From NCBI GenBank assembly GCA_051294375.1, contig CM119271.1, positions 8,175,788-8,239,787 on the forward strand: a stretch of DNA of 64,000 bases. The letters are read 5' to 3'. This document shows, piece by piece, positions 51,429-63,004 of the stretch. Position numbers and translations under genes: made by a program. Under the pieces are notes generated by a model, which saw only the letters and a program-made list of their open reading frames with translations, had not been told where the DNA came from and searched no databases. Position 1 is the first letter of the stretch; each line of letters begins with the position of its first letter. The DNA is from Paraspadella gotoi. Lineage: Eukaryota > Animalia > Chaetognatha.

Positions 51429-52605
51429 AATCTTTTATTAATATATTAATATTAATATTAAAAAACCTTACTTTTTTATTAAATTCATTATAGAAATGTC
51501 AAAATTTTAAAATAGTAAGTCGCCTCAGTTTTTTTTTTTTTTTTGAAAGAAGATTTGAATTTCTCAAAAAGAGTTGATATAAGGAAATATAATTCTTTTT
51601 AGAAAAGATTTTGCTAAATGGGTCAAAATCCTTAAAAACTATAATTAACCTATAATTAGATTTTAGTATAAAACAATTTTTTTCATTTTTAGCTAACTTT
51701 ATGAGAACAATTTTAATTAAGACTTATATTTACTTTTATATAAACTTTTTATGAGGAATTCGAATCTGCTTTCAAAATTAAAAAAAAACTTTTTTAAAAT
51801 TTTAAAACTTTCTAAGGTAATTACTATTACAAACTTTTTATATATCAATGTTCTTTAGTACAAGACTGTTCATGATCAACTATTCGAATTTTTATCGGCA
51901 ACTTTCACTACGCCTTACTACACACTCGACAATAAATTTTATCATAGTATCTCCGATTATAAAACTTTAAAAACTGCCGACAGGTGCTCAAAATTGTTCT
52001 TCCAAATGCAAGATTTTGGAACTCAAGGGTCATTTGCCGTATATGAGCCCATAACAAGATTAATCCCGTTATTGCGCTCAGCGAGGACAGGGAACCTGGG
52101 GTCATTGACCTCGTTCTCGATTGCCAAAGTTCGTTCGCCTCTCGATAATTCTCCGATTCTCCTATTCGAACTCGACTAAAGTAAAGGGGTGAGTTCGAAA
52201 AGGTAAGTTTATCAGATCTGTATGACGTAAGATCAGTTTTTCTCTTTTTTTGACACCGGGGATTATCCGTGGTTTTTTGAGTGCAGAGCCGCCGCTTTCG
52301 GCGCTCCCGGTGCTTCCGACGCGGCGCTCCTGGCGTTTTAACTTTTTTTTCTTTACTCCGGCGTTGTTATGATCCTGAGGGGAGTTTTAAAAGATTATGA
52401 GTTCCCAAGTCGCTGCGTTTTAACTAATTCCTTCCGACCGCTTCTTTTTCGTTCTTAATTTATTTGTCTCTCTGTATGTTTTCCTGTATGTTTATCTATC
52501 TATCTATGAATCTTTTGCTTTACCCATTCTCCTCCCTTTCCACTTTGACAACCGATCGGTTATTTTCGGATTCCACCGGAAACATTCTCTCATTGATTCC
52601 TTAAA

Positions 52606-53259
52606 TAGCAGTAGCCGAGCCAAATTCAAATTTCTAATGGGAACAGCATTAAACTAATCCATTATTGGATTAATTATTGTGTTAAAATATTGTTTTTGCA
52701 AAACATGTTTCACGAACCATGAGTAATTTCCCTAATTAAGTATTTTATTATATCGTATATAAGTTCAAAATTTTTTGATATTTAAGTTTTTTTTAATTGA
52801 TTTTTATAGAGGCTTAAAAAGTTAAGCAAAAATAATAATTACACTTTTTAAATATTTTGACTGTATATTCTAAAAATTAGTAAAAAAACTTGCTTGAAAA
52901 TTCCAGTATATTGATGACTATAGATGCTGATTTTTAAGGTTTTCTCAATTTTAAACATGCCCACTATCATTCAAAATTATTTGAAAAAAAAATAATTATG
53001 ACTTATTGTGGTAGATAATTTTCATAAAGCTATTTTGAATTCTGCTTTTAAAAACTAAAACAATTCCAAAAAATTTTTTACATTTCCTATCTATAAATAA
53101 ATATTTAAAAATTAATTAACTACATGCTTTTCTTTGCCATTTTAGAAAAATTTTGCCTCGCATCTGAAAAGTTTTCTTCAGAAATCGTATGAAGTTTTCA
53201 TTTGGAAAGGTTCCAAATCAAAACTTCCTGACCCACCCCATTGACGAAGTTTGGCTCTA
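52606..53259 (+). mobile_element. AT-rich MITE-like element (hAT-like TAG...CTA ends), copy 1
   Basis: Starts TAGCAGTAGCCGAGCCAAATTC and ends GAAGTTTGGCTCTA (imperfect inverted ends). Colinear with 60934-61546. No TSD at this copy. Confidence 0.6.
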
Positions 53260-53912
53260 TTGATAAGATTTTTTTAACAATGTTCCTCCTTTGATGACAA
53301 CAACAACGACAACAACAACAACCTTAACGACTCTTGAACTTACCTAAATCGTGACGTACGACTTAAGGTCAAAAAGTTAACTCACCACTTGATTCGTTTT
53401 GACTCGTATTGTTGTCTATTGTCTATTGTCTGCTATTGTCTTTTCTCTTTTTGTCATCATCGTTTTTCTCTCTGAAAATGATTTTGATCATTAAATGTTG
53501 TATATATTTTCGTGAAAAGTCTTATTTTTTCTACAAATTCCTGCCCAATCATTTCCCAAACTTCGCTTTCCTATCCAATAATCCATCGGAACATCAACAT
53601 TACTTTTTCTTTTCCATTTTTTTTCATTTCCTCATCATTACGTCTTTTCTTTTTTTTTTTTTCCTTTCGCATTTTTTCTCGCTCCTTATGAATTTGTTTT
53701 GATTTATATAGGAGATCAATTATTATTAAAGTTTCCAAATTAGTTGTTTCACTATCTTTATTTATTTTTTTTAATTAATTTATTTATTTATTTATTTTCT
53801 ATTATTTTTTTTTTTTTGTATTTGAAATAACTCTTATTTATGATTTTATATGCTTGTTTAAATATTTTTTGTGTTAAATATTTAAAAATAATATTATCTG
53901 TTTGGGATGGAC

Positions 53913-54895
53913 GTTAGTGTTGTCTTCTGAAAATAGAGGGAACATCTACAAAACAAAAGGTTAGATTACTTTGTCCCAGTTTTCTAATAGATATCGTAAA
54001 TCAGTTTCAGTATTAGTATTACTAATATCAGTATTAGTTTTCAGTCTAATTTTTGTATTTTCCTACTTCCCTCGCTCCTATTCATTCCGTCTAATCTTTC
54101 TTTTTTTCCAAACTGACTTAACGAGACAGCGGCGAAAGACTACCAAAAAAAATTCTTGATTATTGTTTTTTTTCCCCCTCTTCGCATGTTGATTCTCTTG
54201 ACTGGTCCTCTGGTATGGAATTACTTGTTTTAGATATTATATATAGGGATATTATTGAAAATTAACGTAGTCTGCTCCAATCTGCAAATAAATATATTTC
54301 TCAGCTATCATATTATTTATTTAATATTTTTTCAACTTAATAACTTTATTTGTATTTAGTAAATTTTCGAACTTAGCCCATTTTATTTAATTTTAATTTT
54401 TTTGTATTTGAAATACTACCGTCCCTCTTAATTTAAGATTTTTACCTTAGATGAATTGATCCGATTATAGCACTATATTTTCTTTGGTATAGATTGCCAT
54501 TTAAACTATTTAGATACAAATAATTATTACTGCGCTCATCTGTTCGGCGTAATGACACGTGAGGAGTCAGTGTTGTCTAATCTCCTGAAAATAGAGGGAA
54601 CATCTACAAAACAAAAGGTTAGATTACTTTTCCAGTTTTCTAAATAGATATCCGTTAAATCACGTATTCTCTTTCGAGTATTCCCAACCAGTATTAAAAA
54701 ACAGTAAAAATTCTATCTAGTAATCTCATAGTTTCAGTCTAATTTTTTTGGTACCTTTTCCTACTCCCTACCCATCGCTCTGATCGATCCATAGGGACGC
54801 CTCTCCGTTCTAATCTTTCTTTTTTTTCCAAATGACTTAAACGGGGGAGACAAAATGGACCGGAGCCGACAGAAAGACTACCGAAAAAAAAACCT
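53913..54895. repeat. Short direct duplication (53913-54157 / 54566-54895)
   Basis: Shared CTGAAAATAGAGGGAACATCTACAAAACAAAAGGTTAGATTACTTT. The second copy is full of insertions typical of an unpolished read. Confidence 0.75.
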
Positions 54896-55403
54896 GTGTG
54901 CCGATTTAATAAGGTCTTATTGCTAGTTCCATCCTCGACCACCATCTGGACCCCCCCTTAACGCACCCACTTCCACTCTCCCCCGCAGGACCTCTCCAAC
55001 TCCCTCTATCCCTCTCACCGCATTTTCTTCCTTCCCCCCCTCCGTAGGTCCTCATCTCCTCCGTTCCGTCGAAAAGAGAAACGAACAAAACAAAAGGGAA
55101 AGAAAATCGTTCAATATTCACACAGCGGCGCTTGAAATTCCCGAATCTTGACCAGAAAGCGGCGCGCGTGCTCAAGTCTTCGGGTCTCCTCCCTCCTTCC
55201 TCTCTCTCTCTCTCTCTCTTCTCTTTACTTTCAATCCGCGAGTCAACGGATCAAAGGGTCTTAGAGATCGGCCTTACACGCTTTCTCTCGTCCTCGGGGT
55301 TCCACCAAAACCTTCCCTCTCCTCCTGTCCACTTATAATGTACCCTTGTTGCTTTATTATAGCTACTTACCATTACGCTTATATCTCAACCCTTCTTGTC
55401 TCT

Positions 55404-55435
<32 letters not shown>

Positions 55436-55631
55436 CTCTCTCCTCTACTCTTCTCTCTCATCTCTCTGGCGACATCACGCGCGTTTTTCCTCCCTCGTTT
55501 TCTCCTCGCCGGTTCCANNNNNNNNNNNNNNNNNNNNNNNNNGTTCCATTGTTGAGCGGAGAGCGGTGAGCGCCTGAGTTTTTGGGTGAGAGATGGAAAA
55601 AAGAGGTGGTCGGGTTCGCTGACCGTAAACC

Positions 55632-55697
55632 GTCACGTGACCCCCTCCGTCCGAGTGAACCTATAGACCGTCACATGACCATTAGCAGTCACGTGAT
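55632..55697. promoter_or_regulatory. Cluster of three extended E-boxes (CLEAR/M-box-like)
   Basis: GTCACGTGAC 55632-55641, GTCACATGAC 55670-55679 and GTCACGTGAT 55688-55697 in a CpG-rich patch. Confidence 0.45.
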
Positions 55698-56240
55698 TCT
55701 TTTCCGTGACCGGACTCGCGTGCGGACGCCGCTGGGCAACGTCCATCGTTCCGATCGTAAATTTAAGGGGGCCTCGCTGATCGTACGTACGAACGTGGAA
55801 TAGAGAAAGAGGGTGATCAAGGGTCATTTTGACGCTCTCGACAAGTTTGCGAAACGAGGTTGTTCACTTTGGTCACTGGTCAGAGCTACTGGGCTGGATT
55901 GGAATAAAAAAAAAAAAAGAACTGGTGACGAGCAACGGCTGATTTTTTGAAAGCAGAATACCTAACTGACGCGATCGGATACTCGATTAGTATCATTGGT
56001 ATGCATTTATCATGCCGTTAGGAAATATAATCTTGTCACAACCGGTGAAGGAAGTATGATATAATAATAATTATAATAATAATCCACGTAATCCTCATAT
56101 CGTGGAAAATAAGCAACGGCCGCGGTCGTGGCCGACGAACGGAGGGGGGGGGGAAATCCATATTAAAAAAAAATGTCGTTCCTCTCAGCGACGAATGGCG
56201 CTGTTCCCAATTTACGAGCTAATATGACAGAGCGAGGCAA

Positions 56241-56289
56241 GCCGTTGGCCGTTGCCCGTTGCCCGTTGCCCGTTGCCCGTTGCCCGTTG
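56241..56289. repeat. (GCCCGTT)n heptanucleotide repeat
   Basis: About seven consecutive GCCCGTT-type units. Confidence 0.9.
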
Positions 56290-56948
56290 TCGATGGACGT
56301 GAGCGGTCCATGAGGGATTATGCGGTCGCCTTTGATGCATCACGGCAGCAATAGCTAATGTCACTTACATTTTTTTTAGTTCTTTTCCGGCTTCGTTACT
56401 ATTTTTTGGGTATAAATCGGTCAATGGGACAATGTGTTTTACAAGATAGTTCCAGGTGTGTCCACAGTCCACACAGGCTCATTTTCAAATTGAGTTAGAT
56501 TTGAAGAAAATGTTAACAGATTTTTGCATCAATTAAATGCCAAATTCACTACGTACTCATAAATCGAGTCGTTCATAATTATTCTAGTTAATTTCGTAAT
56601 TTAGTTTTCTAATATCACCTTAGTTTTAATATAATGATATAAACATCCGGTTCCGCATTTCCATGGGTTTTTCGACGACATCCGGGTCAGATCCGAATGA
56701 TCTCCAGCGTCTCTTCAGCGACGAGCATCGATTTACAATAAATCGTTTTATGGCGCAATATATTTGGGATTTTTTTCCCCCCATGACGCCGATTCACGTT
56801 CTCCACCGGTTGCCATGGCAACAACTTGAAGCCTTCCGGCGAAAAGGAGAGTGGGGAGGGCGTGAAGCACTTTGGCGCGGCAAAGACCTCCGAAGAGTAA
56901 ACATTAAAATTAATCAAGGCGATATTCGTGACATCTCTGTCTCTTTTG

Positions 56949-57001
<53 letters not shown>

Positions 57002-59007
57002 GAGAGTTTCCATCTCCCGCGGCGTCTTTGGGCCGAATGAAGCTAAGACCACAAAGACAATAAACAATATGTAAACATATGAGCTATACAGTGTCCGAAC
57101 GCAAAACCTATTCTATTCAAATGGCAAGAGATTTTTAAATATTTTATAAAAATTATCGTAAAAGATATCGAATGAAAGCTTAGTGTTTATTCTATCATTG
57201 ACCCAAATATNNNNNNNNNNNNNNNNNNNNNNNNNNNNNNNNNNNNNNNNNNNNNNNNNNNNNNNNNNNNNNNNNNNNNNNNNNNNNNNNNNNNNNNNNN
57301 NNNNNNNNNNNNNNNNNNNNNNNNNNNNNNNNNNNNNNNNNNNNNNNNNNNNNNNNNNNNNNNNNNNNNNNNNNNNNNNNNNNNNNNNNNNNNNNNNNNN
57401 NNNNNNNNNNNNNNNNNNNNNNNNNNNNNNNNNNNNNNNNNNNNNNNNNNNNNNNNNNNNNNNNNNNNNNATGAAAATGGGTCAGTATAATTTTATTATG
57501 ATAAATAAAACAAAGATTGAAGCCAATTGATGTGAAATTAGGTCTCATTTAAGGTCTTGGATAGAGGTTAACAGTCAGATGATAACCCAAGCTCAAAAAA
57601 TGATATACTACCTCATACTGTANNNNNNNNNNNNNNNNNNNNNNNNNNNNNNNNNNNNNNNNNNNNNNNNNNNNNNNNNNNNNNNNNNNNNNNNNNNNNN
57701 NNNNNNNNNNNNNNNNNNNNNNNNNNNNNNNNNNNNNNNNNNNNNNNNNNNNNNNNNNNNNNNNNNNNNNNNNNNNNNNNNNNNNNNNNNNNNNNNNNNN
57801 NNNNNNNNNNNNNNNNNNNNNNNNNNNNNNNNNNNNNNNNNNNNNNNNNNNNNNNNNNNNNNNNNNNNNNNNNNNNNNNNNNNNNNNNNNNNNNNNNNNN
57901 NNNNNNNNNNNNNNNNNNNNNNNNNGAAGTTTTCCAATAAACCATAGTTAAGTTGTGAACGAAAAATTGTGAAGACTTTTTCACAAAGGTGTACGCACTT
58001 TCCCCCTTCATGGAGAGGCCGTAAAAGCTCAGAATGCAGTGTACGTCGAGACTAAGACTTCTCTACGTTATATTTCATATAAATTTCATTGATATCCTTC
58101 AAACGGTTCAGAAGATATGCGTTTATTTGTAAAGATAATAAANNNNNNNNNNGAGCCCATGGCCTTCTTCCGCTTCCGCCTAACGCCGTACATCTCAATC
58201 TTTTCGAGTCTTTCCTCCGGCAGTCGATTTGAGGGTAGAAGCGGAATCTGGATGAAGTGAAAGCGGAAATGGATGCGCGGTAGGTGGAAGAAGAATATGA
58301 TGAGTGAAAGTGGAAATCGACAGGTGTAAGAAGAAGAGGAAAAGTGGAAATGGAAATTTACACAAAGAGTGGAAGCGGAAATGGACGAGTGGAAAAAGAA
58401 CATGGAAGATCGAAGAGTGGAATTCAAAACCTTGAAAAGTAGAATTCAGGGAGAGCAAATGGGACGAAAGGCTTAATCGTCAAGCTAATTAAGTAGTCAA
58501 AACCTATTAGTATGAGTTACTTTAAAATCCAAAGATGAAAAACTAAACGGACGACGAAAAAAAAAAAAAAAACTTTGCCTGAGAAGGACGAGACCGCCGG
58601 GTGCCATCCGTGCCATCGGATAAAGATAACCTAAGCAAAACACACTTTCATCAGATCGCATAAATTCAGCCAAATCTGGCGTTAAAACCCCGAGGGGGAA
58701 GCGCGGCGTCGTCGGTGAGAAAAATAGAAAAAGAGTTGGAGACTGCCAAAACGAGATCGGGTCTTGCCATGGGCCCCGCCATCTTTGTTCAAAGCGGAAG
58801 TGAAAGGAAGAGTAGGGGTGTCAATAGAGAGAGAGGGAGAGAGAAAGGTGGAGAAAGAGATAAGCCATATGGGGTTAAAAGGTACAGAAGTTTTGGCAAA
58901 TCGGAAAGGGTAGAAACAGAGATGTGGAAGCGATCGATTTTTCCGCCGCTGCCAATCCGGCGCTTCCAAGACCCCTCCCGCTCCCGTTTTCGGGTGCAAT
59001 CCTTACT

Positions 59008-59270
59008 TTTTTAGCCCGGATCGCTTTCGGTTTCGAGTGCACATCGCTTCCTTTCTTTAGAAATTTTACATTTGTTATTATTTATAAAAATACTCTTTTT
59101 AGACATGTAATTCATTGGTAAAATAATTTTAAACAATCTTTTTTGGTAACAAATAACAAGTGAAATTTTTACTATGAAAAATTGTAAGATTTGTAAGATT
59201 GTAAGAATCGTTCGAGTGGAAATGAGTTTAAATGAAAAAAAAAACCCTTTTTCCCTATTTGCTTTTTTGT
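59008..59270 (+). mobile_element. Degenerate fragment related to the 18069-18668 HINE
   Basis: TTTTTAGCCCGGATCGC resembles the 5' subTIR. AATCGTTCGAGTGGAAATGAGTTTAAATG..CTATTTGC matches 18339-18398. Confidence 0.4.
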
Positions 59271-60505
59271 TCAGTGCAAGAGGGGAAAAAAGAAAGAAGA
59301 TAGAGAGAGAGTGTGTGTTAGAGGTTTAAGTATGTATAAGCATAATATTATGCAATATTGCCAATAAAACAGATCAATCCTTTTGGTTTAAACTTGTTTG
59401 TAACATGAAAAAGTTATGGATTTAAAAAAAAAGAGACTTAAATTTAAAGAAAAATAATAAAAATATAAGAAATAAAATTTTTAATTTAAGAATTAAAAAA
59501 AGTTTAATTTAAATTTTAATTTAACTTAATTACAGTTTTTTTTCAGATAGAAAAATTCTTTTTTTCAGCTCAGATTTTATTTAAATATATTAAAAATAAT
59601 AAATAAAAAATAATTATGTAATTTTTTTCATAGATTCTCGACCAAAGAGGAAAAAAGAATAAAGAAAAAAAATAAAAGAAGAGAATAAGAAAAATTGAAT
59701 AAAAAAATTAGGAGCAAACAATTTTAAATGTTGAAAATAAATATTAAAAACAAATTTTTAAAAGAAAAATCAAGAAAGAGCAGGGGGTTGCAAAGATTTT
59801 AATACATTAAATACCTTTCATTTCTAACCAATAAAAACAAATGACCAGGAAGCGAACACGCAGGGTTATTATAGCTTCCGGGTTCAATCCTTTATTCTCA
59901 ATTTTTCTATCGCTCCCGGTTTCGGGTTCTTCAAAAATTGGCCGCTTCCACAGTGTTCGCTTACGCTTTCCGGATCGCGTCCACATCTCTGGGTAGAAAG
60001 AACGCTTGGGCGCCGCCATTTTAAATGATTAATTTCTATCGTATGGATATGACGAATTTAAAAAGATTCAAACTCACAAATTTTTTCTGGGTTTAAAATT
60101 CTATATAATTCTTGATTCAAAAACCCAGCGTTTATTTCATCAAATTTTAAATTTATCTTACCCCCTTGCCCCCCTAGACCTGGGCCTAATTGGCTGGACC
60201 TTCAACAAATCCAAGATTTTTCCACATACTGTACCAGCTATGTTCCCTGTGCAATTGAAAAGAAAAAAAATTAAATTTAATGATTAGAGTTAACTATTGA
60301 GTTAGTAAATATGGTTAGGGATTAGGATTAAAGATTAGGGTTTTGGCCTTTTGGGTTAGGGTTAAGATCAGGTTAGGGTTAAAGGTTAGGGTAAGCTATT
60401 TGGATTAGGGATTAGGTTACCGGTTTAACAATAATTATAGGTTAAATATCAAATTTAACAAAAAAATTATTTAGTTTTCAAATAATGATTTTTCATAATC
60501 GTACA

Positions 60506-60754
60506 TGTAGCAGCCATGCAACGGGTCCTGGGCTTGGAACCAGGGTTGGGGGTTTTTCAGACCTCCAAGGCGGTTTACGGCCGTCTTCACACTTCTCGAG
60601 ATTTAACTCGGTACCTCGTGGTCATTAGCTGCCGCCTTTACTCACTTTACTCAATGAGCAACCGGGTCACGACTGAAGGTGTCATGTTTATAGACGGGGT
60701 GAACTTATGCAATACCCAACTACACCCCCCTTTCTCTTTCATCTCAAATCAATA
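60506..60754 (-). mobile_element. Solo LTR-like element with degenerate tRNA-like core
   Basis: Plus-strand termini TGTAGC...CAATA, 249 bp. TACA at 60502-60505 and 60755-60758. Minus strand ~60590-60660 has GCTAATGAC..GAGGTAC-CGAG-TTAAAT-CTCG, resembling tRNA-Ile anticodon and T arms. Confidence 0.5.
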
Positions 60755-60933
60755 TACAATACTCACAAACAGCGTTTTCCAAAACGAGTGTTGTAACATC
60801 GTGTCCGAGAACAACATACTATCACGTCGCAGGCTTCATGCACTTTACGGCACTGGAACTATCGAAAAATCAAAGGATAATTGGTTACCAAAGTGACAAC
60901 TTGTTATGAGAAAACGAGGAGACTAAGTAAGAG

Positions 60934-61546
60934 TAGCGGTAGCCGACCAAATTCAAATTTTAATGGGAACAGCATTAAACTAATCCATTATTGGTATTAC
61001 TTATTGTGTTAAAATATTTTTTTGCAAAAATGTTCCAAACCATGAGTAATTCGCTAATTAATATTATTATATTGCTATATAATGTAAAAATTATTTTTTA
61101 GATATTTTAGGTTTTTTTAATTGATTCTGATAGAGCTTAAAAAGTTAAGCAAAAAATATAATTACAACTTTTTAAAATTTTGATGTTTTATTACTAAAAA
61201 TTAGTAAAAACTGCTAAAATCATCGGATGATGATGATTAAGATGATTTTTTCAGGTTTTTCTCAATTTAAACCCACTTATCATCAAAATATTGAAAAAAG
61301 AATTATACTTTGTGTAGATAACTTTTTATAAGCTATTTGAATCTGCTTTTAAAAATAAAAAATTCCAAAAAAATTTTTTGACATTTCCTATCTATAAATA
61401 AATATTAAAAAATTAATTACTAATGCTTCTTGCCATTTTAGAAAATTTTGCTCAATTTAAAGTTTTCTCAGAAATGTATGAAGTTTCATTTGGAAAGGTT
61501 CCCAAATCAAACTTCTGACCCACCCCATTGACGAAGTTTGGCTCTA
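60934..61546 (+). mobile_element. AT-rich MITE-like element (hAT-like), copy 2
   Basis: Colinear with 52606-53259. GTAAGAG flanks both ends (60927-60933, 61547-61553), a 7-8 bp TSD. Confidence 0.65.
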
Positions 61547-61984
61547 GTAAGAGAGAGAGAGAGAGAGGTCAGAAATTAGTATATTCGATGATATTTGAAG
61601 CGAGAACCACCTGTCGCTTATCGCGACATACTCCGACGTTATATCTTTTAACGTCCCTATCACAAAAGAGGGAGGACTGTTTGCAGCAGCCGCCGCTTTC
61701 GCCGAAGGAGGATCCGCAGGTGGAGCCGAGATGTCTGCAGGGCATGCCTCCATCGCGTTGCTAAGAGGGGTCGGGGATGAGTTGGGTGGGTGAAGGTTGT
61801 TGGAAAGGACTTGATCCTCCACCGAGAGGGAAAACAATTCTAAATTTAACCTGATTAACGGAGGGTACAGTTGGTGCATTAACTTTTGGTTTTAGAACTT
61901 TTTCATAACCAGCCCTAAAACAACAATAAAATAAAATATAGTTTGAAACAGTCTACCATATTGAATGAAATTGGTACAACCAAT

Positions 61985-62219
61985 TATGGTGGACTAAAAT
62001 CCACCAACCGTTCGTCAGCGACCATTGGTGCCGGAGGCAAGTCATTCGCCTCCCAACCCAAAGGTCCGGGGTTCTAGCCCGGTGGTCGCCTAGCAGTTAA
62101 TAGGGACTTGGCGCTTTAACCCGCCTGTAACACGGTGTTACAGCCTGATCCGAAGCTAAGGGACTGCTTATATTGAACGGTTCTGTCATTAACACTTATC
62201 AATAATTACTGTCTCTTCA
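61985..62219 (+). mobile_element. Solo LTR-like element with 72-nt tRNA(Gly)-like core
   Basis: Termini TATGG...CTTCA. CAAT TSD at 61981-61984 and 62220-62223. 62018-62089 has acceptor stem GCGACCA/TGGTCGC, an A-box-like TGGTGCCGGAGG, loop CTCCCAA and T arm CCGGG-GTTCTAG-CCCGG. Confidence 0.75.
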
Positions 62220-62774
62220 CAATGTTATTTTCAAAATGAGGCACTGACCGCGGTAAACATTTCTCGATTCCGCGACCACTGTCTGTCGGGAGGCATTCTA
62301 ATCTGGAGCAGCATCTCCAGTGGGAGCGAAGGGCGGAGTTGCACCTGCCAAAGAGATCAATGCACCTGGGGTCCTGGCGAGAGAGGGACATGAAGGAAGT
62401 GTAACGTCAGGTAATTTAGACAATGTCCTTAGTTTTCCTTACCCTCTTCCATTTCTTTGACTCCGAAAGCAGCGTCAACATCAAACATGCCATGAGACAC
62501 AACTTAAAAATGAAACGCATTTTGGAGGCAAAATAAAAAAAACAACTAAAAAACGAAATAAAATTCCTTTACAGCCAAAACTTCTTTTTTTCCGCTGATT
62601 TTTTGGTTTGTATATAAAGTGTTGCTAAGCAACTAGTTTACCGCACAGAAATGATTACAAAAAGGAAGATCCACTTTTTTTAAACAAAAAAATATATATT
62701 TACGTTCCGCGAACGATTTTGTTAACTATTGCCGGCTATTTAACATATTTAACTTATTTTCGCCTTCTACAATA

Positions 62775-63004
62775 TGTAGCGGTCATAATCATATTTTATT
62801 GGCGAATAACAATGTGATACAGAGAATACATTTTGACCATGGAAGATCATAAGACGAGACTAAAAAGAGATAGCACGGCACAGATAATGTAAGAGAGAGA
62901 GTGAGAGAGAGAGAGAGCGAGTCATTAACCGGCCTCCTTCGCGACCGCTAAACTTAATGACCACCGAGGGTTGACCCCGTGGCTACGACACCTTCGTAGC
63001 CACA
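62775..63004 (-). mobile_element. 230 bp solo LTR
   Basis: TGTAGC...GCCACA inverted termini. AATA TSD at 62771-62774 and 63005-63008. Minus-strand AATAAAA ~20 nt from the end and terminal hairpin GTGGCTACGA/TCGTAGCCAC. Confidence 0.6.

Noticed and set aside
56660-56735. Minus-strand CTGAAGA-GACG...CGTC-GAAA hammerhead-like core
   Set aside because: Stem II forms, but no compatible NUH site with stems I and III in type I or III topology was found.
59807-60022. MAAPKRS.. ORF with AAAATGGCGGC start (YY1/Kozak-like)
   Set aside because: A single short motif, no recognisable domain or splice donor. Insufficient to call a first exon.
60310-60420. TTAGGG-like tracts (also 11365-11400 and 45835-45975) as telomere remnants
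   Set aside because: Highly degenerate and short, with at most two perfect adjacent units. More likely low-complexity parts of repeats.
62018-62089. Functional tRNA-Gly(CCC) gene
   Set aside because: Anticodon and D stems do not pair, the T loop is non-canonical, and it is embedded in a dispersed element with TSDs.
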